Origin: Ignavibacteriota bacterium
Lineage (GTDB): Bacteria; Bacteroidota; Ignavibacteria; UBA10030
DNA length: 64,000 nt
Assembly: GCA_963727825.1 (NCBI GenBank)
Contig: CAVSHO010000009.1
Location: 480,001 to 544,000, forward strand
Direction of reading: 5' to 3'
Under the pieces are notes generated by a model. That model worked only from the letters and a program-made list of their open reading frames with translations, searched no databases and was not told the origin of the DNA. Shown piece by piece: positions 1-11,210 of this stretch. Each line of letters begins with the position of its first letter. The stretch's first letter is position 1. Both the position numbers and the translations under genes were made by a program.

Positions 1-40
1 CAAACAGCAATACGAGATGTGAATGAAGATTCCCTGGCAT
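1..40 (-). CDS. 5' end of a gene running off the window edge (MPGNLHSHLVLLF...), product unknown
   Basis: ATG at 40-38 preceded by AAGGAG ribosome-binding site; directly downstream of the galM stop. Confidence 0.5.
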   Translation of the reverse strand, partial: MPGNLHSHLVLLF

Positions 41-74
41 AACTCTCCTTATTTTTCAATGATTGTTAATAGAG

Positions 75-1215
75 TTACTTGGTTGTAAATTTATAAATTG
101 TTGTTTGATGATAAACTTCACCCGGTTTAAGAGTGGCGGAGGGAAATTCCGGTTTATTAGGAGAATCAGGATAGCATTGAGCTTCTAAACATAAGCCTGT
201 TCTGACGTTGATAGGATACACCTTTACCTTTTGCAGTTCCATCGAGGAAATTACCGGAATAAAATTGAAGTCCAGGTTGATCGGTGTAAACGGTCATCAG
301 GCGTCCGCTCTTTTGTTCATACACTTCCGCCGCTTTTCGCACCTTCCCTTTTGTATAATTTTTAATGACCCAGTTATGATCGTATCCTTTCCCAAAGATC
401 AACTGTTCAAACTGATCGTTGATTCGTGCACCGATTGCAGTCGGGGTTCGAAAATCCATCGGTGTGTTTGAAACGTCCATAAATTTTCCAGTTGTAATGA
501 GTCCTTTATCGATGGGAGTGAAAGAATCAGCTTCAATGGTTAACAGATGATCAAGGATCGTGTTGTTAAGTGAACCAGATAAGTTGAAATAAGAATGATG
601 TGTAGGATTAAAAATCGTTGTCTTATCTGTTGTTCCTTCATACACAATACGCAGCTCATTTTTATCCGTCAACGTATAGGTGACTGAGAGCGTAACAGTA
701 CCAGGATATCCTTCCTCGCCATCCTGACTGATATATGTCAGTCGTAGCGATGGGCCGGCACTATTATGAACAGTCTTTGCAGTCCAAAGCTTCTTACTAA
801 ATCCTATTCTCCCGCCATGGAGATGATTTACACCATCATTGACCGTAAGCTGATACTTTTTGCCTTCAAGTGTGAATTGGCCTTTGCCAATCCGGTTGCC
901 ATAACGCCCGACAATAGTGCCGAAATAATTCGTGCTATGTATATATCCTTTCAGTGAATCATATCCAAGGACAACATCTTCATATTTTCCATTACGATCC
1001 GGCATCGTCAGTGAAGTGACTGTCGCTCCAAAGTTGAGGACTTTCAAGATCGCACCAGATTTGTTCGCTAAAGTATATTGATATACTTCGCGCCCATCTG
1101 GAAGCTTTCCAAAAAGAGTTTTTTCAATTATAGCATTATCCTTTTTGATCGCTGTAAAAGAATATAAAACATTCACTCCGGTGAGAAAAACACATAACAA
1201 TACCATCTTTTTCAT
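75..1215 (-). CDS. galM: Aldose 1-epimerase (galactose mutarotase) with signal peptide; one +1 frameshift near 205
   Basis: GRYGNRI, HLHGG, EEGYPG, NPTHHSYFNL, GYDHNW and QFYSGN motifs in ORF 166..1215. The canonical C-terminus RTGLCLEAQCYPDSPNKPEFPSATLKPGEVYHQTTIYKF continues in another frame to TAA at 77-75. Confidence 0.93.
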
Positions 1216-1506
1216 ACTCTATCCTTTCAATTGACTATACATTTTGGTTTTAGAGATTGTATAAAATACTATTCACAGAGTACAAATGCAAGCTTGTATT
1301 ATACTTTTCTCCTGTATTCATGTTTGAATATGGGCGGGCATTTCTTTCTCCCGAAAATATTTTCATAGTGAATCTGCGAATACATTAATTAATATTTACT
1401 GTCGAACTTTTTTATTCTGGTAAAATACATCATCCTCCATAATGCTGTTTGCACAACTCCATTTCTTCCTCTATAAATCCGTATACTCATATTTCGGAAA
1501 GAATGA

Positions 1507-1557
1507 TTGATATATATCTATTTATTTCTTGATATATTTTGATATATATCGTATTAT
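1507..1557 (+). promoter_or_regulatory. Sigma70-like promoter (TTGATA-N17-TATTAT) with two GATATATATC palindromes, candidate XRE operator
   Basis: TTGATA 1529-1534, TATTAT 1552-1557; perfect 10-bp palindromes at 1509-1518 and 1541-1550. Confidence 0.55.
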
Positions 1558-1573
1558 TAGGCTGGAATAAATA

Positions 1574-2011
1574 ATGGCAACCTTAGCAGAAATTCGTAAG
1601 GCAAAGCAATTGAAAACGGTGGATATGGCCGTTCAGCTTGGGATATCTCAGGGATATTATTCCAATCTCGAGCGAGGAAAACGCCCATTTAATGACGCCC
1701 TTCTAAGAAAAACCGCCAAAGCACTTAGAGTTCCTTTGAGTACCACACGTGAAGCCATTAAATCACATCCTCATGACTCGTACACGTTAAAAAGCTGGAT
1801 GTCCTCTATTAAAATTAACGGCTTGCCGCTGATCAAGGCATTTCAATATTACACTGAAGCGCATGAGATAGAAGTCCAGGCACTTGATGATACAAAATTG
1901 AAAAAGAAAATGAAGGAATTTATTGAAGCGAACATTGGTTATTCTGTTTTAACGGAACTCTCGGAAAACAAAGTATTATTGAATCACATGCGTGAAATAC
2001 TAGGCAGTTAA
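1574..2011 (+). CDS. XRE-family helix-turn-helix transcriptional regulator with C-terminal extension
   Basis: N-terminal LAEIRKAKQLKTVDMAVQLGISQGYYSNLERGKR is a typical Cro/C1 HTH. Confidence 0.85.
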   Translation: MATLAEIRKAKQLKTVDMAVQLGISQGYYSNLERGKRPFNDALLRKTAKALRVPLSTTREAIKSHPHDSYTLKSWMSSIKINGLPLIKAFQYYTEAHEIEVQALDDTKLKKKMKEFIEANIGYSVLTELSENKVLLNHMREILGS

Positions 2012-2021
2012 TCGACTCTTC

Positions 2022-3056
2022 TTGAGAACGCTGTCTCAAAAAAATGAACAAAATACAACTGGTGGTATGCATATGAATACAATCGAAAAAATGCGGGAGG
2101 TCGCCGATTTGCTGGTCGATCAAAGAAAATTCAATGAAGCATATACTATCTTTGATGAATTGTACCGTCAAATCTGGAGTATCTTTGGGACAGTACAATG
2201 CAACTTATCAGCATATTCTAACAGCTACCTTAGACCAAGAATTTCTTCCGATTATCTGCTTAGGAAACAATATCCCGAACCAGCTGTCAATGTACTATGC
2301 GCTAGAATATATAACATAAACCTTTCTTTAATGCTCAACGAGTTCATCCAGGTTATGCAAGGCCATCTCCAATGTATCAGCTCATCATTGCAAGTGCGTA
2401 AAGAGATTGCTCCCGATGTCGTTTTAAATGAATTTGCGGTTCTCTATACGCTTGCCCTGCAACCTATTCAACAACGGAAACTTATTCCTATCTTCTCAAT
2501 CGCTACGGCTGTAGTTGACAGGAGCAATAGAGTAAGGCGTATCATATCAAATTATCCTCGAATTTATGTCGAAAAACTTCTGATAGAAGATGCTCAAAAA
2601 TGTAAGGATGATAAATTGAAATCAATCAATCGTCTATTGCTTGATTATCTTTTAAATATAGGGGAACGTAAAACAGAACTATTTAGAAGATTGTCGTGTA
2701 TTGTAGGCCCTTCCTATTATCGATTTCAATATAACCGGTATCGTTCCGATCGATATGATAAATACGAACAATATGAGCGCTATGAAAGATATGGACAGTA
2801 TGCTTCTTCTTCCTCTCATAAATTTTATTCGACGACTGCTACTGACGAAGAAAAAAATGCATACTATGGACAATTAATCGGTTTAATGGGAAAAGTTACA
2901 AAGGAACAAATCCGTTCAAAATACATTGGCTTGATTTCTCTCTATCATCCGGATCGGGTTCAACATTTAGGCCCTGAATTTAAAAAATTGGCCGAAACAA
3001 AATCAAAGGAAATTAACGCGGCTTACGATTGGCTGAAATCAAAATACCATATATAA
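2022..3056 (+). CDS. Protein with C-terminal J domain (DjlA-like) and helical N-terminus; start probably ATG 2067 or 2073
   Basis: EQIRSKYIGLISLYHPDRVQHLGPEFKKLAETKSKEINAAYDWLK contains the HPD motif; Tyr-periodic linker precedes it. Confidence 0.8.
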   Translation: MRTLSQKNEQNTTGGMHMNTIEKMREVADLLVDQRKFNEAYTIFDELYRQIWSIFGTVQCNLSAYSNSYLRPRISSDYLLRKQYPEPAVNVLCARIYNINLSLMLNEFIQVMQGHLQCISSSLQVRKEIAPDVVLNEFAVLYTLALQPIQQRKLIPIFSIATAVVDRSNRVRRIISNYPRIYVEKLLIEDAQKCKDDKLKSINRLLLDYLLNIGERKTELFRRLSCIVGPSYYRFQYNRYRSDRYDKYEQYERYERYGQYASSSSHKFYSTTATDEEKNAYYGQLIGLMGKVTKEQIRSKYIGLISLYHPDRVQHLGPEFKKLAETKSKEINAAYDWLKSKYHI

Positions 3057-3289
3057 TTTTATCTCTGAAACACCACTGCAATTGATATTTTCTTAGAATG
3101 AACATCTCAATCGTCATAATCCCTATCTGATTTTCCCCCTCCTGCTCCTGTTAATCTTTTCCCATTCGAAGCAATTCCAGTACTGACAGTCGCAATTTCT
3201 TAGCTTCATAAACATTTCATCTCGATGTTCAGAGGTGTTGTCAAACAAGACATAATTCGATCAGACAATCAATAGGAAGGAACCTTCCC

Positions 3290-3315
3290 TGCAACCTTTC
3301 TGAGTATCTATCGTA
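3290..3315 (+). promoter_or_regulatory. ECF sigma (SigW-like) promoter TGCAAC-N16-CGTA
   Basis: TGCAAC 3290-3295, CGTA 3312-3315, upstream of GGAGG and ATG 3352. Confidence 0.6.
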
Positions 3316-3351
3316 TGTAATTACATCATTATCTATAAATCGGAGGAAATC

Positions 3352-4161
3352 ATGCGGCCGCTCTTATTCATAACAATTCTCTTGTCGGTATTTATTTCAT
3401 CCGCGATATCCCAATCTTCTCGGGAAATCACTAAAACCATCCCGCTCAAATCGGATGGACTTCTCATCATTGACACCTACAAAGGAAGCATTACTGTCAC
3501 CACTAATGACAAACCGCAGGTTGAGGTGAACGTAAAGATAGAATCGGACGATGTAGATTCCCGGGATGCCGAACGAGATGTACAAGATACAGAAATTGAA
3601 ATTCACAGCACCGACAGAGAGGTAAGACTTCATACTAATTATAAGAAAGTTGAGCGAAACAATTATCACAATTTCTGGGATTGGATCACTGACCCGCACG
3701 AGACATCGAATTCACTCCCATTAGTCCATTATACCATTAAAATGCCTCGTACCGCGGAACTGAGGATCAAAGATTACAAATCGGAATCACACATAGAAGG
3801 ATTGAACTCGTACCTAACACTCAATACGTATAAAGGTACTGTGGAAGCTTTTGATCTCAATGGAGGAGTTGATTTAGAAACTTACAAAGGCGACGTACGC
3901 ATTTCTTTTGCAGAATTTAAGAGAGATAGCCATTTCGAGACTTATAAAGGAAAGATTGTTGTAAACATTCCAAAACGAGCCGGCTTTGAATTGCGAACGG
4001 ATTTCGAAAGGCGTGTGGATTTTAGTACAGACTTCGATGTAGAAACTCACGAGCGCGACAGAAAGCACCACCATTATGATTACTCAGGGAAAATCAATGG
4101 AGGTGGCCCGACGCTTGAGTTTAATAGCAATAAGGGAGATATTCGGTTACGCGCTAAGTAA
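3352..4161 (+). CDS. Exported DUF4097-like beta-strand repeat protein
   Basis: Signal peptide; repeated (D/N/E)TYKG motifs; C-terminal GKINGGGPTLEFNSNKGDIRL. Confidence 0.8.
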   Translation: MRPLLFITILLSVFISSAISQSSREITKTIPLKSDGLLIIDTYKGSITVTTNDKPQVEVNVKIESDDVDSRDAERDVQDTEIEIHSTDREVRLHTNYKKVERNNYHNFWDWITDPHETSNSLPLVHYTIKMPRTAELRIKDYKSESHIEGLNSYLTLNTYKGTVEAFDLNGGVDLETYKGDVRISFAEFKRDSHFETYKGKIVVNIPKRAGFELRTDFERRVDFSTDFDVETHERDRKHHHYDYSGKINGGGPTLEFNSNKGDIRLRAK

Positions 4162-4280
4162 TATGAACTATTCGTAACTTCCGTCAATATACATGGAAAC
4201 AATATAAGGACAAGCGAATGACCCAATGCAATAAAGACTTACAATTATTCATCCCTTAATTCAATGATTGCTGCATCTTT

Positions 4281-4321
4281 AAAAACAAATTGCCCGACTA
4301 TATGATCGGGCAATTTGTTTT
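4281..4321. terminator. Bidirectional intrinsic terminator between convergent genes
   Basis: 16-bp inverted repeat AAAACAAATTGCCCGA / TCGGGCAATTTGTTTT with 8-nt loop and A/T tails. Confidence 0.8.
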
Positions 4322-4459
4322 AAATCGATCTAAAAATAATTATTGATAACTTTTCACTACAGATTGCTAAGATTAGTAAACTTCTCGATAACCATTCGTT
4401 TGGTCTATCCGTGGTTCAATTATTTTTTTTGCATTCCAAACCTTTGAACATTTCTACAT

Positions 4460-5458
4460 TTATTGTGACAATGCTTCCTTAGACAGCCACTTTCTCCAGC
4501 TCAGCATCCAATCATCTACATTTTCTTTCGAGACCGGAGAAAGTTGAATATACATGCGTTCTTCAGCAGGGGTACGATTCTTAAGTATTTTCTCAATTAA
4601 TATCTCTATTGTTTTACATCCAACCTGGAAACAATTCATACCAACAAGACCCTGCACATAGCCATCCTTTACGTATTCTAATTCTGCAGGAATTGCATTG
4701 CCGGCAACCGCTTTGACTTCACCCGGATTCCACTTTAAACTGTTCTTAGCTTGGAGCACGATACTGCTGAGAAAAATCCATCCTTTGATATTGGGATTGT
4801 TTTTTTGTGCACGCTCGACAGTTCTAGATGCCTGATCGGGAATTTCTATACTATAGTAGATATCATCGGGAGAGAGAGAGAGACCTGGATATTTTTTTAA
4901 TCCATCACCGATGCCCTGTAGACGAGGTTGCAGGTTCGATGCATTTTTATTCCCCGCCAGGACTGCAATAGATCCCTTCCCTTTCATTTCTATCGCAAGT
5001 TCCTTCAAGAGTGATCTGCCAAACTCAATATCGTTCGTACCACAATAAGCAAATCGTTTGCTTTTCGGCGCATCGGAATAAAAGCACAAAACCGGTATCC
5101 CTTTATCAATCGCTTTATCAATTACAGACGTTAGATAGTTAGCATCTATGCAAGAAATTGCAATCCCACTCACACCTGAATTAGAAAAACGCTCGATTGC
5201 AGCCGCTTGTTCTTGGACATCTTCCACATTTGGAGTCTGCCAGTCGATATTAATTTCGACATTATATTTGGCGCCTAATTCTTTCGCTACTGCGCGCGCG
5301 CCGGAATATGTCGCTACGAAAACAGGGTTCGTGGCAAGTCTTCCAATCATACCAATGGTAATTTTCTGTTTGTTAGAATTATTGTTACCGGCGAGGCCCG
5401 ATATCGGCATATTGATAATAAAAACAATACAGAAGAAAAGAACGAGTCTATATCGCAT
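4460..5458 (-). CDS. Periplasmic sugar-binding protein (RbsB-type fold); no transporter adjacent
   Basis: Signal peptide; NPVF, QAAAIE, GIAIS, GIPVLCFYSDAPKSKRFAYCGTND motifs. Confidence 0.8.
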   Translation of the reverse strand: MRYRLVLFFCIVFIINMPISGLAGNNNSNKQKITIGMIGRLATNPVFVATYSGARAVAKELGAKYNVEINIDWQTPNVEDVQEQAAAIERFSNSGVSGIAISCIDANYLTSVIDKAIDKGIPVLCFYSDAPKSKRFAYCGTNDIEFGRSLLKELAIEMKGKGSIAVLAGNKNASNLQPRLQGIGDGLKKYPGLSLSPDDIYYSIEIPDQASRTVERAQKNNPNIKGWIFLSSIVLQAKNSLKWNPGEVKAVAGNAIPAELEYVKDGYVQGLVGMNCFQVGCKTIEILIEKILKNRTPAEERMYIQLSPVSKENVDDWMLSWRKWLSKEALSQ

Positions 5459-5756
5459 AATATCTGCACTCCTTATTTTTATTCGTGAGATACAATATGT
5501 TTTTGCGAAATATTCTATATCAACCCTGTTGGATTGCAGAAATCTACATTTTCATTTTATATCTTGATACGTACATACGGAAAATGACAATAATAATCAA
5601 ACGAATAGGTACGAATTCAGAACATTCTTAAGCATCTCCTGTCTTTTTTTTTAGACGACGGCTCATTCTATCTATCCCGTTAGGTTTCTATGCAGGATTA
5701 TCCTGTTTTTGGCGGAGGCGGAATTACTAGCCAAAGATTATATGAATTTGCTATGT

Positions 5757-8700
5757 TTAATCCTTCTTCGCATCCAGAACCTCACGTACTATTCTTAAAA
5801 CTTCATCTGGAGTATATGGTTTCTGTATAAATCCTTTTACTCCATGTGCCGCAAGTTCAGATCTCACATCCCGTTCAAAAAATCCGCTGGCGACAATGAC
5901 ATTGACATCTGAGTTGATTTCTCTAAGTTTTTTAAACACGTCCATTCCTGTTATACCCGGCAAACCCATATCGGTGATAACGAGGTTAATTTCATGTTTA
6001 TGTAATTTGTATATGTTAATTGCTTCATTGCCGTCTTTTGCAGTATGTAATTTGTACCCTTTGGATTCGAGCAAGAGACGCACTACCTCTAAAAGAACTT
6101 CTTCATCCTCTACAAGTAATACCGTCTCTGTGCCTCCTGTTGCAAATGATTGGGTTATTAAAGAAACATCTGCCGATTGTTCACTCACAAGCGGTATTGG
6201 GAAGTAGAGCCAAAAGGTTGTTCCGCGTCCCACTTCACTCTCGAAATCTATAAAGGCATGATGCGATTGTACAACACCATAGACAACAGCGAGGCCAAGT
6301 CCGGTTCCTTTCCCTTTTTCTTTAGTAGTAAAGAACGGATCAAAAATTTGGCGGCGTGTTACTTCGTCCATCCCCATGCCCGTATCTGTTACGCTTATGC
6401 AGATATATGAATCTTGATCGGCAACAGGAATTCTTTCTTGTACTTGGTTCTTTGTTTTTTCCTCCGCTTTAATAGTGATTGTACCACCGTTTGGCATCGC
6501 ATCCCGGGCATTCACACAAAGATTCAGCATTACTTGATGAATTTGTGTGCGATCAGCATTGATAAATGGAATATTTTGATCAACAATCTCTGTGAAGGTA
6601 ATTACCTTAGGAAATGTTTGCCTGAGCATAGAGAGGAGCTCATGTATCAAATCGTAAATGCTTATAGGCTCAAATACGACATCCGTTTTCCGTGCGAATG
6701 TGAGAATTTGTTTAACAAGTGCTGTACCACGCCCGACAGCTTGTTTAATAATTCCAAGACTTTCATTAAATCTTCCCGGGCTTAATGTCCCTTTTTCCAT
6801 CAGTGATGAGTACCCTAAAATAATCCCAAGGATGTTATTGAAGTCATGCGCAATACCTCCGGCAAGCGTGCCAATGCTTTCCATTTTTTGCGCTTGAAAC
6901 AGTTCTTGCTGAAGCTTTTTTTGTTCCGTGATATCCTGACCTTGTGCAATTGTGGATACAAGTGTATGGCCATCTGCTGCATAGATGTTTGCTGAACTCC
7001 ATATGACATTGCGGACATTTCCACTCTTGCAGAGAATAGGAATTTCGACCGTTATTAAATGATCGCCCTCTGATGTTGGTGCGATTAGGGATAAAGAAGA
7101 TTCTCTACTCTCGATAGGGAGCAGTATTTCCAGATGTTTACCAATAACTTCCTGAAGCGTATAGCCAGTCAACTTCTCAATTGCCACATTGAATCGAGTG
7201 ATTTTAAAATTAGGATCCCAGACAATAATGGGCGTATTTGCGAAACTGAGAAGGTTTTCAAGGTAGTCGCGAGTTTCCCGCAATGCCTCTTCCGACCGCT
7301 TGCGCTCGGTGATATCCGAAAGAGTCGTCCGAATTCCTACTATTTTTCCCTGTTCATTTCGGAGAATAACATCATCAATAAGAGCTGGAAATGATGTTCC
7401 ATCCCTACGGACAATGAATTGCTCAGAGTTTTTATCAGGAGGAAGATTACCTGCCAATTTCTCAAGAGTTCTTTTTCTTGATTCCTCATTATCAGCAACA
7501 AACTCCCACACTGGAAAACCTATCATTTCTTCACTTGTGGTGAAACCTAACATCTTCAATTCTGTTTGGTTCACAGCACTAATATTTCCAAGCTCATCTG
7601 TCTCGTGATATCCAACTGGAGCTTCCTCAAACAATTCTTTGAGCTTCTCTTCGTTTTTTCTTAGTGCTTCTTCTGCCCTTTTGCGCTCGGTAATATCTTT
7701 GGAAATACCAAAAGTGCCAATAATCTCACCTTCTTTATCTCGCAAGGGCATCTTTGTAGTAGTCACCCATGTCTCGCTTCCATCAGGCCATGTCTCCTTC
7801 TCTTCTAATCCTATCAATGGCTTGCCTGTTTTTATAATCTTCTGCTCATCTTCAAAAGCTGGCTGGGCATGTTGTTCAGCAAAAAAGTCGAAATCCGTTT
7901 TACCTACGGCTTCTGCTGGGTCGCTCAATCCAAATCTCGTAGCTTGAGATTTATTCATTCTTATAAAACGGCTCTCTTTATCTTTGAAATAAATAGTGTC
8001 GGGAACGTTATCCATCAACATATTCATAAGAAACTGTTCCTTTACCAACGCTTCTTCCATCCGCTTGCGTTCGGTAATGTCATGTACCTGTACCAGCAAG
8101 ATATGTACAATGTCCTTGATCATCAAATACAGGTGCGATGCTCACTTCACCGGTGACCAGTCCTGTCGGATATTCAGTTGTTTCTTCCCATCGCACAATT
8201 TCCTTCTTTAGAATTGCTTCCGCATATTTATCCAATACGAGTGTTAACGATGGCTCCGGGATAACATCCTGCACTCGTTTTCCAATTATTTGATTGGCTT
8301 GTAAGCCAGTGGCCGTGAGAAAACATCGATTGACGGAAGTAAATATATAATTCCCTTCCTTTTCTACTTTCAGATTATAGATAACATCGCCAACCGTATC
8401 GTAGATTAAAGAAATCTGCAGTTCTCTCTCCCGCAACGCCCCCTCCGCTCGCTTGCGCTCGGTGATGTCGCGATCAATACCAAGCACCATCTCACGCCCT
8501 CCCAAAGTGACAATCGATGTAGAGGTCTCGATGGGGAAGATATGTCCATCTTTATGGCGATGGGTGGTTTCCTTGTGAAGAATACTTTTTTGCTTAATGT
8601 TCTCAAGATGGGTAATGCACTCTTCTGGTGTTCTCACTGCCGTGTTGAGCATATCTATGGAATGGCCAACCAGTTCCTCGCGTGTATATCCGTTCATCCG

Positions 8701-10762
8701 ACAGGCCTCTTCATTGCAGTCCACGATTGGCCATGCAGTGTTTGGATTATAGGGATCGATTAATACGATGGCATCAGGCGAAGCATTGAATAAACCCTGG
8801 AACAATTTCACGCTTTCTTGCAGTTTTTCCTCCGCCCGCTTGCGCTCGGTGACATCCACCCGGATTCCTGATATTCGTGTCGCATTCCCCGATGCATCCT
8901 CATCCATTACATATCCCTGAACATTAATCCAACGGTAAGAACCATCTGCATGTTTCATTCGAGCCGTATATTCATAGTTCTCGGTTTGACTAGTGAATGC
9001 ACTTTTCGTTTTGTCTTCAACCATCCGCCTGTCTTCTGGGTGTATTCTATCTAACCAGATATCTTGATCTTTAACTTTTTCATCCGGTTTACAACCCGAC
9101 ATGGAATACATTGTCGGTGATGCATACATTAGATTGTTTTTTAGATCCCATTCCCAGATTCCGATCTTTGTCGCTTCTAGAGTAATTCTGAGCCGTTCTT
9201 CATTTCTTTTCAGCACTTCTTCCGCCCGCTTGCGCGCGGTAATATCATTGAATGTGACAATGAGTTTGTCTGAAAGGAAAGTGGCGTAGAGTTCACAAAT
9301 GCGTACCGATCCGTCGTGGCAGGTAACTCGGTATTCTCCAGTGTTGACTGTTTGACCGGATTGTTGTGCCTTTTCCAGAAAATGCTTCCACCGATCAATC
9401 ACTTCTTGACGGTAATCGGGATCCGGGTACGCTATCTGATACCACTCAGTTGCGGTGGGTGAAGTATGTCCGAAAAGAGTGAGTGCGCTGCGGCTCCAAT
9501 AACTAATGTTGTTATCCTGAACATCAACTAAGGCAATGGGGAATGGTGTCGCATCGAGAACAGCACGGAGCCGTGCCTCACTCTTCCGCAAGGATTCCTC
9601 CATTTGCTTGCGTTCGGTGACATCTGTAAAGAATCCTACATTACAGGGTATTCCATCAATAATTACATTCGCTGTGTTTATTTGTGCAAAAAACACAGAT
9701 CCATCCTTATGCAAACAGGGGATGGAATGTGAAATCGTAATCTCTCCGCTAGCCATGGATTCGAATACAGCAATTACTTCCTGCAAATGTTCTGGTGGGT
9801 GGATGTCATTTACGGATAATCCGACAAGCTCGTCAGTGCTATAACCGAGCATTGAACAAATCATAGGGTTCGCGTATTTAAATTTTTTGTTTTTCCCATC
9901 AGCTATCAATATACCCTCTGAAGCACCATCGAAAATTGCCTTGTATTTTTTTTCTGATTCCTGCAATTCCTCCTCCGCCCGCTTGCGTTCGGTGATGTTA
10001 CGGATTATCATACTTGTATGATTGTTGCCTTTTTTACCTTTAAAGATTACTGAAGACATTTCGGCAGAAAATTTTGAACCGTCTTTACGCAAGAGGGTAA
10101 GTTCGCCAATAAATCTCCCAGTCCTGGTGCGTTCTTTCAAAGCAATAGCTAACCTTGGGTCAGATGCATCTACAATACCTTTTCGCCCGATTGAACAAAG
10201 TTCTTCTTCTGTACAGTTGGAACATTTTACAGGCAGCAGGATTAGCTGAAAAAATATCGCCGGAAGGAGATGTAAGCAAAACAGCATCTATACTGGAGTC
10301 GAAAAGAAGACGGAACCGTTCTTCGCTTTCCCGTAGTGCTTCTTCTGCATGTCTATGTGCTTTTCTTTCCTTTGATTCATCAAGTGCGCGTTTAATAGCC
10401 AAAGGAAGTCGTACTAATCGGTCCTTTAAAACATAATCGACAGCTCCTTGTTTTATGAGTTCGATGGCAATTTCTTCACCGATTGATCCGGAAACGCAGA
10501 TGAATGGAACATCCGGGCAGATATCTATGGCTAACTTTAATGCACCAATCGCATTGAATCCGGGTAATTTGAAATCACTTAAAATGATATCATACTTATT
10601 GTGGTGAAGCAGGGAGGTAAATTCCTTTTTCTTCTCAGTACAATCCATACTGAGATCATATCCTGCATCTATTAGCAGTTCGCGAATTATCTCGACGTCT
10701 CGAGGTGAGTCTTCGAGATATAAGACTTTTAGCGCTATCTTATCTATAGTCTTCTTTTTCAT
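5757..10762 (-). CDS. Hybrid sensor kinase REC-(PAS x9)-HisKA-HATPase-REC, about 1667 aa, split by two +1 frameshifts (near 10219 and 8089)
   Basis: ORFs 10160..10816, 8080..10287 and 5757..8126 join inside PAS domains (CKMF|NCTEEEL; LAGT|VHDITERK). H-box [26 protein letters not shown] and a C-terminal REC domain are present. Confidence 0.88.
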
Positions 10763-10766
10763 TTGA

Positions 10767-11210
10767 TTACATCCTCTCTGGCGGCATTTCATTAAGGACA
10801 GCCCAAAACACACCAACTTGTTTTACTGCTCCCATAAAATCCTGGAAATCTACTGGCTTCACTACATAGGCATTCGCTCCCAACTCATAGCTTTTCTTTA
10901 AATCCGGTTCCTCGCGAGAGGATGTGAGCATAACAACCGGGAGCGTTTTCAGTGCAGGATCACTTCGAATAGTTCGAAGCACTTCAAGCCCATCCATTCG
11001 GGGCATTTTGATATCAAGCAATAATACTGCTGGATTTTCTTGTTTGCGCATTTTATACTTCCCTTCGCAGCGCAGATATTCTATTGCCTCCACACCGTCT
11101 TTTACAACGGCAACCTGATTGGCGAGATTATGTTCTGCCAGGGCTTCGAGTGTCAATTCGATATCCTTGGGATTGTCTTCTGCTAATAATATTGTTCTTA
11201 TATTGTTCAT
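10767..11210 (-). CDS. Single-domain response regulator (Rcp1/CheY-like)
   Basis: ILLAEDN, LLDIKMPRMDG, VVMLTSS, YELGANAYVVKP. Confidence 0.93.
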   Translation of the reverse strand: MNNIRTILLAEDNPKDIELTLEALAEHNLANQVAVVKDGVEAIEYLRCEGKYKMRKQENPAVLLLDIKMPRMDGLEVLRTIRSDPALKTLPVVMLTSSREEPDLKKSYELGANAYVVKPVDFQDFMGAVKQVGVFWAVLNEMPPERM

